A stretch of DNA of 64,000 nt, taken from the NCBI RefSeq assembly GCF_006345805.1, contig NC_043005.1, positions 24,428,001 to 24,492,000 on the forward strand, in the 5' to 3' direction. Below, one piece after another: positions 1 to 11,860 of this stretch. The notes beneath the pieces are model-generated. The model did not search any database and was not told the DNA's origin. It saw only the letters and a list, made by a program, of their open reading frames with translations. The position numbers and the translations under genes were made by a program. The DNA comes from Octopus sinensis (lineage: Eukaryota). Positions within the stretch are counted from its first letter, which is position 1. Each line of letters opens with the position of its first letter.

Positions 1-1284
1 GGAACATACTGTGCATGTAGAAATAATCACGAATATTGGATTAGACACAAAAGTAATTAAAAGACTTAGTTATCACTATTTTTCCCGGAACGCCTAGCGA
101 CCTCTGGTGCGGGCCTAGGGTAGACAAACGCTGAACTAGAATTATGACGTTTTTATCCATTTCTATATCAGCACCAAAATCTTTACGGATTGTTTAAACC
201 TGTACAGAGAGCTATTACTGAATATTAATATTAATACCTTTCTTTCTCTATCACAATTCTTTTGAATGTGAATATCATTGCGTTTTCGACACTATTCAAT
301 AAACACAACACAGTTACACTGTGCGTTCATTCTGTCATATACACTTGCGTCAGAAATTAATTAGCACTTCTCAAATTTCTACATTAAATAGGTTAAATCA
401 ATTAACCTATGAGCTGTTCAAAACGTCTTACGCGATGAGAAAACTTAGTATGGTATGATTTCGGTCCTTGCGAGGCGCTACCTATATCTATTAAACAAAG
501 GAAGATTTGTCTGCATCCGCACTCCAAGTTGTTGTTGCACTGCTATGTCAACATCATAAGGCTGTAGACTCTCAAACTGCTCTGCAAACAAAGTTACGTC
601 ATCGTTCTGCGCAACAGTGAACTCGCAACAAAGCAATAGTTCGAGATATGGCCACTAGGTGACAGCACATACCTTGAGTGAAGAGCAAATCAAGGGTGCT
701 AATTAATTTCTGACGGTAGTGTATATTGATATTCATTTGAAGATGTGACTTACATCTCACAAAAGACTATAGCCGTCGCTCAGGAGCAGGTTAACTTGGG
801 CAAGTTAACTCGGGAGCATGTCCCTGATTTTCGCTGAGTATTTTAGATGCCTATGTAGTCATGAAAACACACGGACACTTTTGGTTATCCCATCGCTGAA
901 CCAGTGCAAAATTCAGGATGTCGTGTGTAAGGAGGGTTGCACCAGCTTTTGTCTAGGTCTCATTGGACCTGCGTAAATTTCAGCAACGTCTAGGAATCGA
1001 ACCTCTAGCTTAATGATCATAAGCTGAATATTTCAATCCCTACGCATCACGCATCGTGGCTCATAAGAAGTTATTAATGACTGAGTGTTCACGCGCACGC
1101 GTGCATGTGTGCGTGTTTGTACGCGTGTGTGTCTCAGTATCTAGCTTCTATTCTATGCATGTGTGTATGTATGTATGTGCATATGTATACATACACACAC
1201 ATATATATACATATATACATATATAAATAATTTCTTAAAATTAATATAGGGTAGGAAAAATTATAGAATTTTTTTCCTTTACCA

Positions 1285-1691
1285 TAAGCGAAGGAGTGGC
1301 TGTGTGGTAAGTAGCTTGCTTACCAACCACATGGTTCCGAGTTCAGTCCCACTGCGTGGCACCTTGGTCAAGTATCTTCTACTATAGCCTCGAACCGACA
1401 AAAGCCTTGTGAATGGATTTGGTAGACGGAAACTGAAAGAAGCCCGTCGTATATATATATATGTATATGTGCGTATAAGTTTGTGTGTATGTATTTGTAC
1501 ACCAACATCATTTGACAACCGATGCTGGTGTGTTTACATTCCCGTAACTTAGCAGTTCGGCAAAAGAGACCGATAGAATAAGTACTAGGCTTACAAAGGA
1601 TAAGTCCTGGGGCGATTTGCTCGATCGACTAAAGGCGGTGCTCCAGCATGGCCACAGTCAAATGACTGAAGCAAGTAAAAGAGTAAAAGAG
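1285..1691 (+). mobile_element. SINE family 1 (tRNA-like head, central TA/TG microsatellite, AGTAAAAG-repeat tail), full length
   Basis: Head GGAGTGGCTGTGTGGTAAG...GAGTTCAGTCCC, tail GACTGAAGCAAGTAAAAGAGTAAAAGAG, TACCA target-site duplication at 1280-1284 and 1692-1696. Confidence 0.9.
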
Positions 1692-1877
1692 TACCAGTGG
1701 CCTAGCATGTATACGAAGTCAATAGACACATTTTCCATATAAGAATTAGTGTACATTTAAACACAAAAGAGGTGAGCCTTAACAGATCGCCTTACATACT
1801 TGAAGGAACAGTCAATAAGTCCAAACCACAGTTAAGAGCAATTTCGAAGGGAATGAAAAATATAAACATTTACCACG

Positions 1878-1963
1878 TTTGACAGCTGGACCTTAGGTTT
1901 CGAAATTTAATTAGTAAGTATAATAATTTGCAAGGCGAAGTTCTCCTCAACGGGTACGCCAAA
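1878..1963 (-). ncRNA. Type I hammerhead ribozyme-like motif (U3 variant, imperfect stem I)
   Basis: Minus strand reads TTGAGGA-GAACTT...AAATTTC-GAA-ACC TAA GGT-C: core, stem II, GAAA, stem III with a GUC triplet; stem I pairs only partly. Confidence 0.55.
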
Positions 1964-2339
1964 CATTAACATATAAATTAGAGACAAAATAACACCTGTC
2001 TTATCTTTACATACAATTTTTCAAATCCACCGCGCAAGCGCAGTTTCAGGCGACAACAAATAAAAATTCCGATTAAACTTCAGAAATTGCTAAAATCATT
2101 TCTTAAAATATACGGTAGGGAAAATTATAGAAGTTCTTTTCTTTACCAGTGGCCTAGCATGCATGCAAAGTCAATAGAAATATATTTTATATAAAAACTC
2201 AAAAGAGGTGATCCATTCGAAATTGCTCTGAACTGTGGTTTGTACTTCCTTCTAGTATGTAAAGTGATCTTTTAAGGCTCACCTCTTTTGTGTTTAAATG
2301 TACACTAATTTTTACATATATAAATATATAGGTATAGAT

Positions 2340-2510
2340 AGATTACTTAGATAAATTTCGGTCGAAGTTGGCCCAGTCCATGTCTAATTTAATAGCACCA
2401 CCTGGAAGAGATGCGCATTCAGCTCTTGGGCACCATAGCCCATTCGAGCAGACATATCCGAGTGGGGGTGGTTTGTCTGGTATTTGTTGGGAGTAATCAT
2501 CTAGGGACCG
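2340..2510 (-). mobile_element. Probable 3' end of a LINE ORF2 (CR1/L2-group-like C-terminus)
   Basis: Minus-strand LDDYSQQIPDKPPPLGY resembles the LDxxLxxIPDxP...GY C-terminal motif of such elements; recognised from memory only. Confidence 0.35.
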
Positions 2511-2551
2511 AACACGCATACCACACATATGTAGATATATATGCGTATATA

Positions 2552-2990
2552 CCGTAAATCCTCGAGTGTAGTCCGCCTTTGAGTATAATACGCAGGGGAT
2601 TTTTAGGGGACTGTACCTCTGAAAAACCTAAACCGGGTGTATAATACGCCCCCCCTTCTCTAACTTGAGTCAAGGAGGTCTATATAACGTCCTTGGTTTG
2701 TAAAAATGTATAGGGTAACGTCCATTATTATTGCCTTCTTGGCTTCTTTATCTTTGGCATCTGTTTAATTTCATCTTTATTTCTTCTCCTTAACCTGACA
2801 TTGCGTTCGTCAACATCAAATTTTCTTCCGGCGGCCCTGTTACCATGCTCTTCAGCATATGATATAACTTCAAGTTTAAACATAGCTGAATAAGATCTAC
2901 GAGGCATTTTATGAGCATGTAATGTATAAAATTTCGTTTTGGGATTTGGTTTGCAAGATTGTTTATATGAGTTCATGTTTTGAAGCATAT
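2552..2990 (-). mobile_element. pogo-like DNA transposon fragment: 3' terminus plus N-terminal HTH coding region
   Basis: Terminus TA|CCGTAAATCCTCGAGTGTAGTCCGC; ORF 2728-3063 contains MPRRSYSAMFKLEVISYAEEHGNRAAGRKFDVDERNVR (Brinker/pogo-type HTH). Confidence 0.8.
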
Positions 2991-3542
2991 TCTGTTGTGT
3001 CTGGGGAGAGTCATTTTCTTTTTGTGCCTTGTAATGTAACACACTCATCGGTAAAATTTGCACTTATTTCTTATTTTTGTTTTCCTAAACTTTTCGTTGC
3101 GTCTTGCAACCTTTTCAATAGTCTTGACTCTGCCCGTTATTTACACTGTGTGTATATATGGACCATATATACACCCACTTTACTCCATACAAGGACACAT
3201 ATGGAGACACGGGTCCACACATATAGAGACGCACATCCATACATACAAGCATGGTACATAGTTACAAAACACACACGCACAGACATGCACACATGAGGAG
3301 ACAGGGAGGCATACATATACAAACACAAGTTCACATACACATACACACACATTGACTCACACACATGCGCACAAACAAAAAGGAACGCAGTGTAAATAAC
3401 GGACAGAGTCAAGACTATTGAAAAGATTGTAAGATGCAACGAAAATTTTAGGAAAATAAAAATAAGAAATAAGTGGAAATTTTACCGGTGAGTGTGTTAA
3501 ATTCTAAGGCACAAAAAGAAAATGACTCTCCCCAGACACAAC

Positions 3543-3545
<3 letters not shown>
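2985..3545. repeat. Inverted repeat, ~160 bp arms with a CA-rich spacer
   Basis: 2985-3160 is the reverse complement of 3385-3545 (TGTTGTGTCTGGGGAGAGTCATTTTC...). Confidence 0.85.

Positions 3546-3555
<10 letters not shown>

Positions 3556-3626
<71 letters not shown>
3556..3626. repeat. (TG)n microsatellite
   Basis: Pure TG run. Confidence 0.95.
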
Positions 3627-3628
<2 letters not shown>

Positions 3629-3693
3629 TGATAGATACAACTGAGTGGGCAAATAAAAATATGAGAGACTGTGTAATGCTTTTTTATATTTTG

Positions 3694-3998
3694 ATAAGCC
3701 TGGTACTTATTCTATCAGTTTCTTCTTGTGAAACCAGTAAGTTATGGGGATGTAAATAAACGAACACCAGTTGTGAAGCAGTGATGAGGAAGAAACACAA
3801 AGACACACACATAGACTTACATATATACATACATATACATACAATTGATTTCTTTCAGTTTCTGTCTACAAAATCCACTGACAAGGCTTTGGTTGGTCTG
3901 AGGCTATAGCAGAAGACATATGCCAAGTTATCACACAGTGGAACTGAACTGAGGTTTTGGAACCAAGTTTGGTACCACACAGCCACACCTGCACCTAT
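3694..3998 (-). mobile_element. SINE family 1, diverged copy lacking the tail
   Basis: Reverse complement of the head (CCACACAGCCAC) and core (TTTCAGTTTCTGTCTAC, GTACTTATTCTATC). Confidence 0.75.
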
Positions 3999-4177
3999 GT
4001 ATGTGTGTGGGGGGTCTATTTGTGTATATATGTATGCATGTATATATGTGTACATATATGGGTACATATTACATGTACATCTATATATACACATCTAGAC
4101 ATACATGCATACATATACATGTATATCTATAGAAATACATCTATACATATACATGTATACATATACATCTATATATA

Positions 4178-4217
<40 letters not shown>

Positions 4218-4289
4218 CATCCATATACATACAATAGAGAGATGTTTTTGTTTCACTTTTTACACGTAATACTGAAATAGTGGAGAAGA

Positions 4290-4442
4290 TGTGATATTGC
4301 TGTTAAAAATTTTTTTTGCCCATGACATGTTTAAGGCATGTGTTTAAATTTGAATGAAATTGGTTGTATAGTTCTCAAGTTTTAGGGATTCACACAGACA
4401 GACAGACAGACACACATTCTCAGTTTTAGATATATAGATATA
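4290..4442 (+). mobile_element. 3' end of a Helentron-associated (DINE-1/HINE-like) non-autonomous element
   Basis: AAATTTGAATGAAATTGG...(ACAG)n...CATTCTCAGTTTTAGATATATAGAT matches the typical end architecture. Confidence 0.5.
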
Positions 4443-4494
4443 TGTGTGTATGTATATATATGTGTGTATGTATATATATATATAGAGAGAGAAA

Positions 4495-4522
4495 GAAAGA
4501 TAGGTAGACAGACAGACAGGTG

Positions 4523-4612
<90 letters not shown>

Positions 4613-4640
4613 AAGATAGATAGATAGATAGAATGATAGA
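4495..4640. repeat. (TAGA)n microsatellite
   Basis: Long GATA run. Confidence 0.95.
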
Positions 4641-6297
4641 CACATGCAAACTGATGTACTGTTAGTGAGGGAGCATATAAAAAAAAACATTTGTATTCAT
4701 TTCATTCCATTATTATTATTTTTTGCTATAAACTCTTCAAAACTACTTCTATAGTTTCAATAGAAACGATTTTTTTCTTTTAAAGTAACGTTTGTAGTAG
4801 TGAGAGACGTAAGATATATACGTAACTTACTTTAATACTCAATCATTTTTGTCTAAATTCCTTTCTATCTGAAAAATGTGATATGATGAGAATTGTTAAC
4901 TGTGAAAAGAAAAATAATTTAAAATATGTATTGAATTCATCTGAATTAACTTAATGTTAATTTTCATAAATTGAGAAAGAATGAAAATAAAGTAGTTTGT
5001 TAACAAAAATATGAATTTTTTAGTAATACTTCACGGAAATTATGTATTGCAATCGGAAAGTGATAATGAAAAAAGTATTTTCTGCGTATTATGTTCAAAA
5101 CAGTTTAGGCTGAAAGAAATGTTTGATAACGTAAATTATATTGTCTGAATTTTATTTGAAGCAAATTCAATTTTTTCCTCCATGTCAGAAACTTGAGAAA
5201 GTAACCATCTGAATTTCTTGTGAAGTTGAAATTAATCTTGTCTGAAAAATTTTGAGAAATTGAAGTATCTTAAGATAATATTCTGTGTCAATTTATATAG
5301 TATCCTGGACAGTTGATAGTTTTATTAGTTAAATCTATTTCAGCTTCCGACAATCTAGTTAAAGTTCAAATGAAGATTTGAAGAATTAATCACGATATAT
5401 TAATATCTGTGTGTAGATATTTGTTCACATAACCAGCCTCATACAGATACATACACACATACATATTTATCAATACACGCATACACACACATACATATAT
5501 ATTATTCTTCACTATGTTTGATATGATTTTACCTTAATACAATATTCTATTCTGCGTGAATGAACGAGAAAGATATGAGATAACATTTTATGATTACAAA
5601 TTCCAAACAATTCATATTTTTAAAATGCTGTTCTGCTTCAGCCTACATTACTTTCAAAATTATTTTCTACTTTCAAGAGAACGAAATATTGAAGAGAGGA
5701 AAATCATCACTGCAACAATAGTTTTAAAAGATACCTCTTTATTTCTATGTATCATTATCATCATGTTTTATTGTAAGTTTCTGCAGCATCGCCAGTTTCA
5801 CTTCGGTGTTCCTGGGACTTGGGCAGCATTTTCTATTGAAGTACATTATTTTTCTTTTAGACTTGTGCTTCTATACGCGTTTGCATCGCTAACTCATGTG
5901 CTATTCTTTAGCACCACAGCACGCGAGAATGAAGGGAAAGGCTTCGCCTTTAATACCGTGCAGCTGCTGAATATAATATGAATACAATTTGAATGTACTT
6001 TGATATCTGGCAGCTGGAATATTTTATTAACGATCCGAGAACGCTTCTTTCTTGATTCGTTTTGCTTTATATACACAACATTATGCAGCGAACTATAAGA
6101 CAAACTCTACTCTTAATTACCTGTCTGATGCATTCGAATAACACAATGACCACATTATAGCATATTTATTATAACATAAATATTCTGTCGTACCATATCA
6201 ACAATAGTCAAGTGGTAAACACAAATTTCCTCTCACAATATAAGCGACAACATGACACATCGACCCGATCAGGAATCGAAACCACAGTCGCCTACTG

Positions 6298-6355
<58 letters not shown>

Positions 6356-7195
6356 CATGAGACCGAATGGTAATTCAGCCATTGAATAGAGTTATAAGAT
6401 TGCATCTTTACATTGAATTATCTTCTGTTTAAAATTACATTCCCCAGTTATGTATCTATGTGGGTGTACGTATGTGTGTGCATGTTTGTGTGTATATATG
6501 TCTATTCATGTATGTATATAAGTATCTATACGCGTGTGTATGCATGTATGTGTGTGCGAGTGTTTAGATATGAATGTATTTTTTGAAATGTCCTTTATTC
6601 ATGACGAAGTGGTGTGTTTTTTTACATACAACATCGTTCCTAGTCAATACAGGCAAACGCTGTTGTATGTAGTGGACAAAATCAATATCTAATACGAGCT
6701 AAACCAATTAAAGTGATAACAAAGAAACCAGCAAATAACGTTGACCTCTGCTAAATTGTAGTTTCTAACTAAATCTGATTGGTAACATGAGAGAAGAGGT
6801 TTTAAAGTGGCGCACATTCAGCCAAATTAGTTCTCTTCTTAAAACAACACAAATTTGTCACGCTATACTATGGAGCGCGTGCAATCTTTCAAGACTTTCA
6901 ATAAAATCACTTGTGATTCTCTTTCTTTTTGTTATCAGTCTCTTTGTTTCTGTAGAAGTTTCTACAGCAACCAAGCCAAAATATAACCACGATTAATGAT
7001 GGCCATGAACTTTGAAAAAAAAAAACAGAAAGCAAGAAAAGATGTGTCGCACTCTTCGTTTGTCCAGTAGGATTGATTAAGTGAGTTTAATCAAGCCGGT
7101 AATGACATATCTCGCAACTTCAATTTTTTTTTTAAATGGTTGACTTTCAATTTAACCAGCTGCTCATACGTTTGCAACCAAATATATATATATAT

Positions 7196-7232
<37 letters not shown>

Positions 7233-7248
7233 TATATATATATAAATA

Positions 7249-7289
<41 letters not shown>

Positions 7290-7294
<5 letters not shown>

Positions 7295-7925
7295 AAATCA
7301 AAATAAGGGTGAAAAAAATTGGATATTAATTTAATAACCTCAATTTAACACCAGTGGTTTAGCGCATAAAAGACTGAGATTCAGTAAATATTATTAATAC
7401 CCAAATATGAGAGAGAATCCACTATGTGGACGCTCTAACGCTAAAATTAGATCCGCAAGGGTCTGAACCACTAAGAATTGTTCTCGATAAGAATTTAGCA
7501 CAACAGTGTGCTAAATTCTTATCGAGAACAACTCTTAGTGGTTCAGACCCTTGCGAATCTAATTTTAGAGCGTTAGAGCGTCCACATAGTGGATTCTCTT
7601 TCATATTTGTGTATATATATATATATATAAAATTTAGAGAACTGACCACTAAAATCGTTTTTTATTTCGTATATTTTCATTTTTCTTGCTTATTTTTAAA
7701 TTTTGGTTTTTTGCTGAGATTTTTCTTGAGAACACATTCTTCGTGGTAACACCGATTTGACGTCTATGTTTAGCATACAGGCTGTCCACTTTTAGTGGTC
7801 AGTCCTCTAAATTTTGTATCTAAAACAATTTTTAATCTTCGGATTTTTTTTTAAATATGCTAAGCCACTGGTTTTAAATGATTAATATCAATTTCTACCC
7901 TTATTTAATTAATTAATTATATATA
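7290..7925. mobile_element. (TA)n-flanked fold-back element with terminal inverted similarity and internal hairpins
   Basis: Ends AATAAGGGTG...CCAGTGGTTTAGC versus GCTAAGCCACTGG...ACCCTTATT; ~100 bp-arm palindrome at 7402-7609; second inverted repeat AAATTTAGAGAACTGACCACTAAAA / TTTTAGTGGTCAGTCCTCTAAATTT. Confidence 0.7.
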
Positions 7926-7934
7926 TATATATAT

Positions 7935-8640
7935 TAGTTGAATCAATGATTCTGAAAAACCAAATGGGATGGGATGGCCATATTGTACGAATGGCGGATG
8001 AACGCACCCCAAACTGTTGTTTTATGGCGAGCTTGCAGAGGGGAAACGCTATCGGTGTAAACCTAAAAAGAGGTTTAAGGACTACCATGGATTAACTTGG
8101 AATGGATCCAAAGGCCATAGAAATCCTTACTTCGGATCGAGCGAGATGGCGAACAAAAGTGGGAAGTGGAGTGAAACTTTTTGGGGAGGCCAGGATGACA
8201 CATGCAAGATTCAAGAGAGATGTAAAGAAGATTGTTGCGACCAACGACAAAATGAATCTCGCTGACCGTTTTGTATGCAGTCTGTGACAGACTATGCCTT
8301 TCTTTTGCTGGACTCAAATCCCATTTGCGGACCCATGAAAATCGAACCTCCACCAACCACTCTGCCTATATATCTGTGCACACCTTTCAATGCTGTGTAT
8401 GCCATAATGTCTGCAAATCTAATGGAGTCTTCAGAAGACATTTCAAGATCCACAAAGATCAGAACTCTATTGCAGCTCTTGGTGGTCCAAATTGGATATG
8501 CAACTTATGCGTGGGTCACTTCAATACATTGTCCAGTTTAAAAAGCCACATCAGAAGCCATGATGGATCAAAGGTGTAAGTACAAGAGGTGGTCAGATTC
8601 GTAAGGAGTAGCCAACCACCATATACATACATACATACGA
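7935..8640 (+). mobile_element. RTE-clade (BovB-like) LINE, 5'-truncated and frameshifted; RT C-terminus plus three C2H2 fingers
   Basis: Translates across frameshifts to VESMILKNQMGWDGHIVRMADERTP / LFYGELAEGKRYRCKPKKRFKD, then CxxC...HxxxH fingers (ORF 8271-8579); short (CATA)n tail. Confidence 0.85.
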
Positions 8641-8643
8641 ATA

Positions 8644-9952
8644 CCGTAAAACCTCGAATATAATCCGCATTTTCTTCCCAAAATTTAAAGGTCAAAGTCC
8701 CTAGTGCGTATTATATACGAGGTTAAAAATGAAAAATATTTTCTAAGCAATGCCACTGTCTCTATTTGCTGTCCGGCAATGTTTATTCAGACGCATTTTG
8801 TGATGTCGGGCGCGAAAATGCCTTAAGCTAAGCCTGAAAGCAATGAAGTCATAAAAGAATCATCATAACTTGCAGTAAGCAACATTTATTGAAATAGAAG
8901 TATTCAGAATAACAGAATAACATGTAACAAAAACAATTTGCAAACATATTTACATTCCCATATAACAGTTAAGAACATCATCATTATTGTATTACGCATG
9001 CACAGAAGTGTTTGTTCGACTAGGTGCTGCTGGTTTAATTACGCACGAATTGTGCTTATTAGTTTAGCGCAAAATAGTTCATCCTGCTGTTTGTATAGGC
9101 AGTTTGCATCATTAACGTGGCAAACAATAGATAATTAAATACCAGTATTAAATGTTTCAACTACTGTGGGTCTTTACTGGGGTCTTTTATAAGTGGGACT
9201 TAAACCTGTACTTTAATCTCCAATAAAACATTTTATACATTCTGTTGTGTCTGGGGAGAGTCATTTTCTTTTTGTGCCTTATAATGTAACGCACTCACCG
9301 GTAAAATTTCCACTTATTTCTTATTTTTATTTTCCTAAAATTATCGTTTCGTCTTGCAACCTTTTGAATAGTCTTGAGAGTCAAGACTATTGAAAAGGTT
9401 GCAAGACGCAAAGAAAAGTTTAGGAAAACAAAAATAAGAAATAAGTGCAAATTTTACCGATGAGTGTGTTACATTATAAGGCACAAAAAGAAAATGACTC
9501 TCCCCAGACACAACAGAATATGCTTCAAAACACGAACTCATATAAACAATCTTGCAAACCAAATCCCAAAACGAAATGTTATACATTACATGCCCATAAA
9601 ATGCCTCGTAGATCTTATTCAGCTATGTTTAAACTTGAAGTTATATCATATGCTGAAGAGCATGGTAACAGGGCCGCCGGAAGAAAATTTGATGTTGACG
9701 AACGCAATGTCAGGTTAAGGAGAAGAAATAAAGATGAAATTAAACAGATGCCAAAGATAAAGAAGCCAAGAAAGCAATAATAATGGACGTTACCCTATAC
9801 ATTTTTACAAACCAAGGACGTTATATAGACCTCCTTGACTCAAGTTAGAGAAGGGGACGTATTATACACAAGGTTTAGGTTTTTCAGAGGTACAGTCCCC
9901 TAAAAATCCCGTGTATTATACTCAAAGGCGGACTACACTCGAGAATTTACGG
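8644..9952 (+). mobile_element. Internally deleted pogo-like DNA transposon with both TIRs and TA target duplication
   Basis: TA|CCGTAAAACCTCGAATATAATCCGC ... GCGGACTACACTCGAGAATTTACGG|TA; HTH ORF 9445-9780; internal hairpin 9235-9520. Confidence 0.85.
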
Positions 9953-10545
9953 TATATACGCATATATATCTACATATGTATGGTATGCGTGTTATCATAA
10001 TTGATAAGCAATAGCGTAGTAACTGACCAACGGTTAACCAACAAATGTTTAACTTCCAACAAAAAGAGGAGTCACTGTTTAACTGAGGTCTGAGTAACAA
10101 GGGAGAGTTTTTGATTCAGTGTAGCACATGCATTGCAAAGGACTTCGCTCATACTATCATTTTCTTTCTTTTGAATTGCCTTTACATTGCCGATATACTT
10201 CGGCAGTCGCTTGGTTAATGAAAATAAGGTAGGACAATTTTCATGCGGACGACTTCTCTTGGGGAAGAAACAATGTCCACTACTTCCCCTTATTTCCAGA
10301 TGATAAGCTTGTTTTTCCTTGTGTATGTCAACTTTGGAGAATTCTAGATTCTTAAGATTTTATCCTTTTCCTCGTGTTCTCTCTTGTCATTGGGTAATTG
10401 TGATATATCAGCTAAAGGCGAAGAAAATTTTAATAAATCGAGAAATTATATTGTATGGCATCTTATATGGCTGTATATGTCTATATTGTTCATATGCCAC
10501 TCTGAATTATTTCTCTTAAATCATTTTCGTTTAACTCGTGTGTGT

Positions 10546-10587
<42 letters not shown>

Positions 10588-10729
10588 GTGAATGTGTGTG
10601 TGTGTGTGTCTGTGTGTGTGTGTGTGCGTCAATGAATGTATGCATGTATGCAGGTATATACTCATACGTAGAGAGAATCCTGGTTAATTTCGATGTGACA
10701 GCCTCTACATGGATTAGCAATAGGAGCAG

Positions 10730-11800
10730 TAAAGTTCAAGTTAGACAAATACTCACAGAAATCAGGAGAAATTCTCAAAAGAATTTATAATGGAAAGATC
10801 CGAGAAAACAACTTCTTCTTTGATAACAACATAGAATAGAAGGAACGGCAATGGTTGCTGTCCTCGCTCCCGCGTTTGCAACACTAATGATAAAATTCCT
10901 TGAAGTAAAAATCTATGTCTGATCTGGGATTATTTTAGATAAGCATTTCTAATTTTATTTAAACGAAAACTGACAAAGATTCAGATTTTTTAACGAAAGT
11001 AAGAAATATCTTACCAGATTCCTTAAATCAATAAATAATATTCGATGCAATTCACTATAAAAATGAATGAAAGAGAACTTTTCTTTTGGGGGTATTTTTG
11101 GTAATTGATGAAAATGAGATTGTTACAACCGATCTCTACTACAAAGACACGGGCACACAACATTTATTGTTTAGATCTTGCCACCCGAAGTATATTTAAA
11201 GGAACATCCTATTCAATATGGCAAAGTATATATGCTCAATAGTTAAGGACACGTACGACAGAGACGACTAGATTGTTCCTTCCGAAACAAAAATACTCGG
11301 AAAACTCAGCAAATCATGCCATAACCAGTGGTAAAATGATCCCAATCTCTGCCTTACGAAGAAAACCTCACAGCAATGGCGCAGACAATAACAACATAAA
11401 TATTCCATTTGTAATCCCCCTTGAAACTATAACACCATGTATTTAACCAAATGATACCTTCCGATCTTAGATCAATCCTCGTATCTCAGGATCATAAATT
11501 ATTAACAGCCGAAGATAACCACCAAAATTTGAAAGACTCTTAGCAAAGAAAAAATTCACATCAGAAGAAATAACGCAAGTGGCAAAACGTAAAGATTTTG
11601 TTGTGGGAAGTGTTAATTAAAAAAAAAAGATGATCATCCCCAATCATCAAAATATTCCTTCTACTCAAAATAAAGAAAGTAATGATGAACTTCGAAACAT
11701 AAAGGAAGAATACTTTATAAGCAATCTGAACCGAAGTTCTACCGGAAATATCCAATACCACAACTAAAAATACCTTTTCATATATAAAATAGTTCATAAC
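10730..11800 (+). mobile_element. Heavily decayed Penelope-like element (RT through GIY-YIG region)
   Basis: Broken translation gives GTAMVAVLAPAFATL, TTDLYYKDTGTQHLLFRSCHPKY and NILFNMAKYICSIV, matching PLE RT/thumb motifs (GTAMG..MAP.YA; YYKPTD..QYL.F.SCHP). Confidence 0.65.
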
Positions 11801-11860
11801 ACGTGTGTTTGAAAAGCTGAAAACAACGAAAAACGCTTAGCACAAACGAAACTTTCATTT

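Larger units (their letters stand above)
1225..2340 (-). mobile_element. (TA)n-anchored non-autonomous element with direct and inverted terminal repeats and a hammerhead-like motif (PLE pseudo-LTR/retrozyme-like); interrupted by a SINE
   Basis: 2101-2211 repeats 1233-1284 plus 1692-1772 directly; 2218-2310 is the reverse complement of 1744-1848; flanked by TA-rich repeats; hammerhead fold at 1878-1963 on the minus strand. Confidence 0.6.

Noticed and set aside
5556-5981. 141 aa ORF as the missing upstream GPCR exon
   Set aside because: No TM1/TM2/TM3 motifs (GN, LAxxD, CK) and no phase-2 donor ending in E-R.
8271-8579. Stand-alone host C2H2 zinc-finger gene
   Set aside because: Continuous with frameshifted RTE RT sequence and followed by a LINE-type tail; no splice structure.
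9654-9700. CTGAAGA followed later by GAAA as a hammerhead (similar hits at ~2850, ~15720, ~36550, ~39238, ~55660)
   Set aside because: Inside transposase or LINE coding sequence, with no closing stems I and III.
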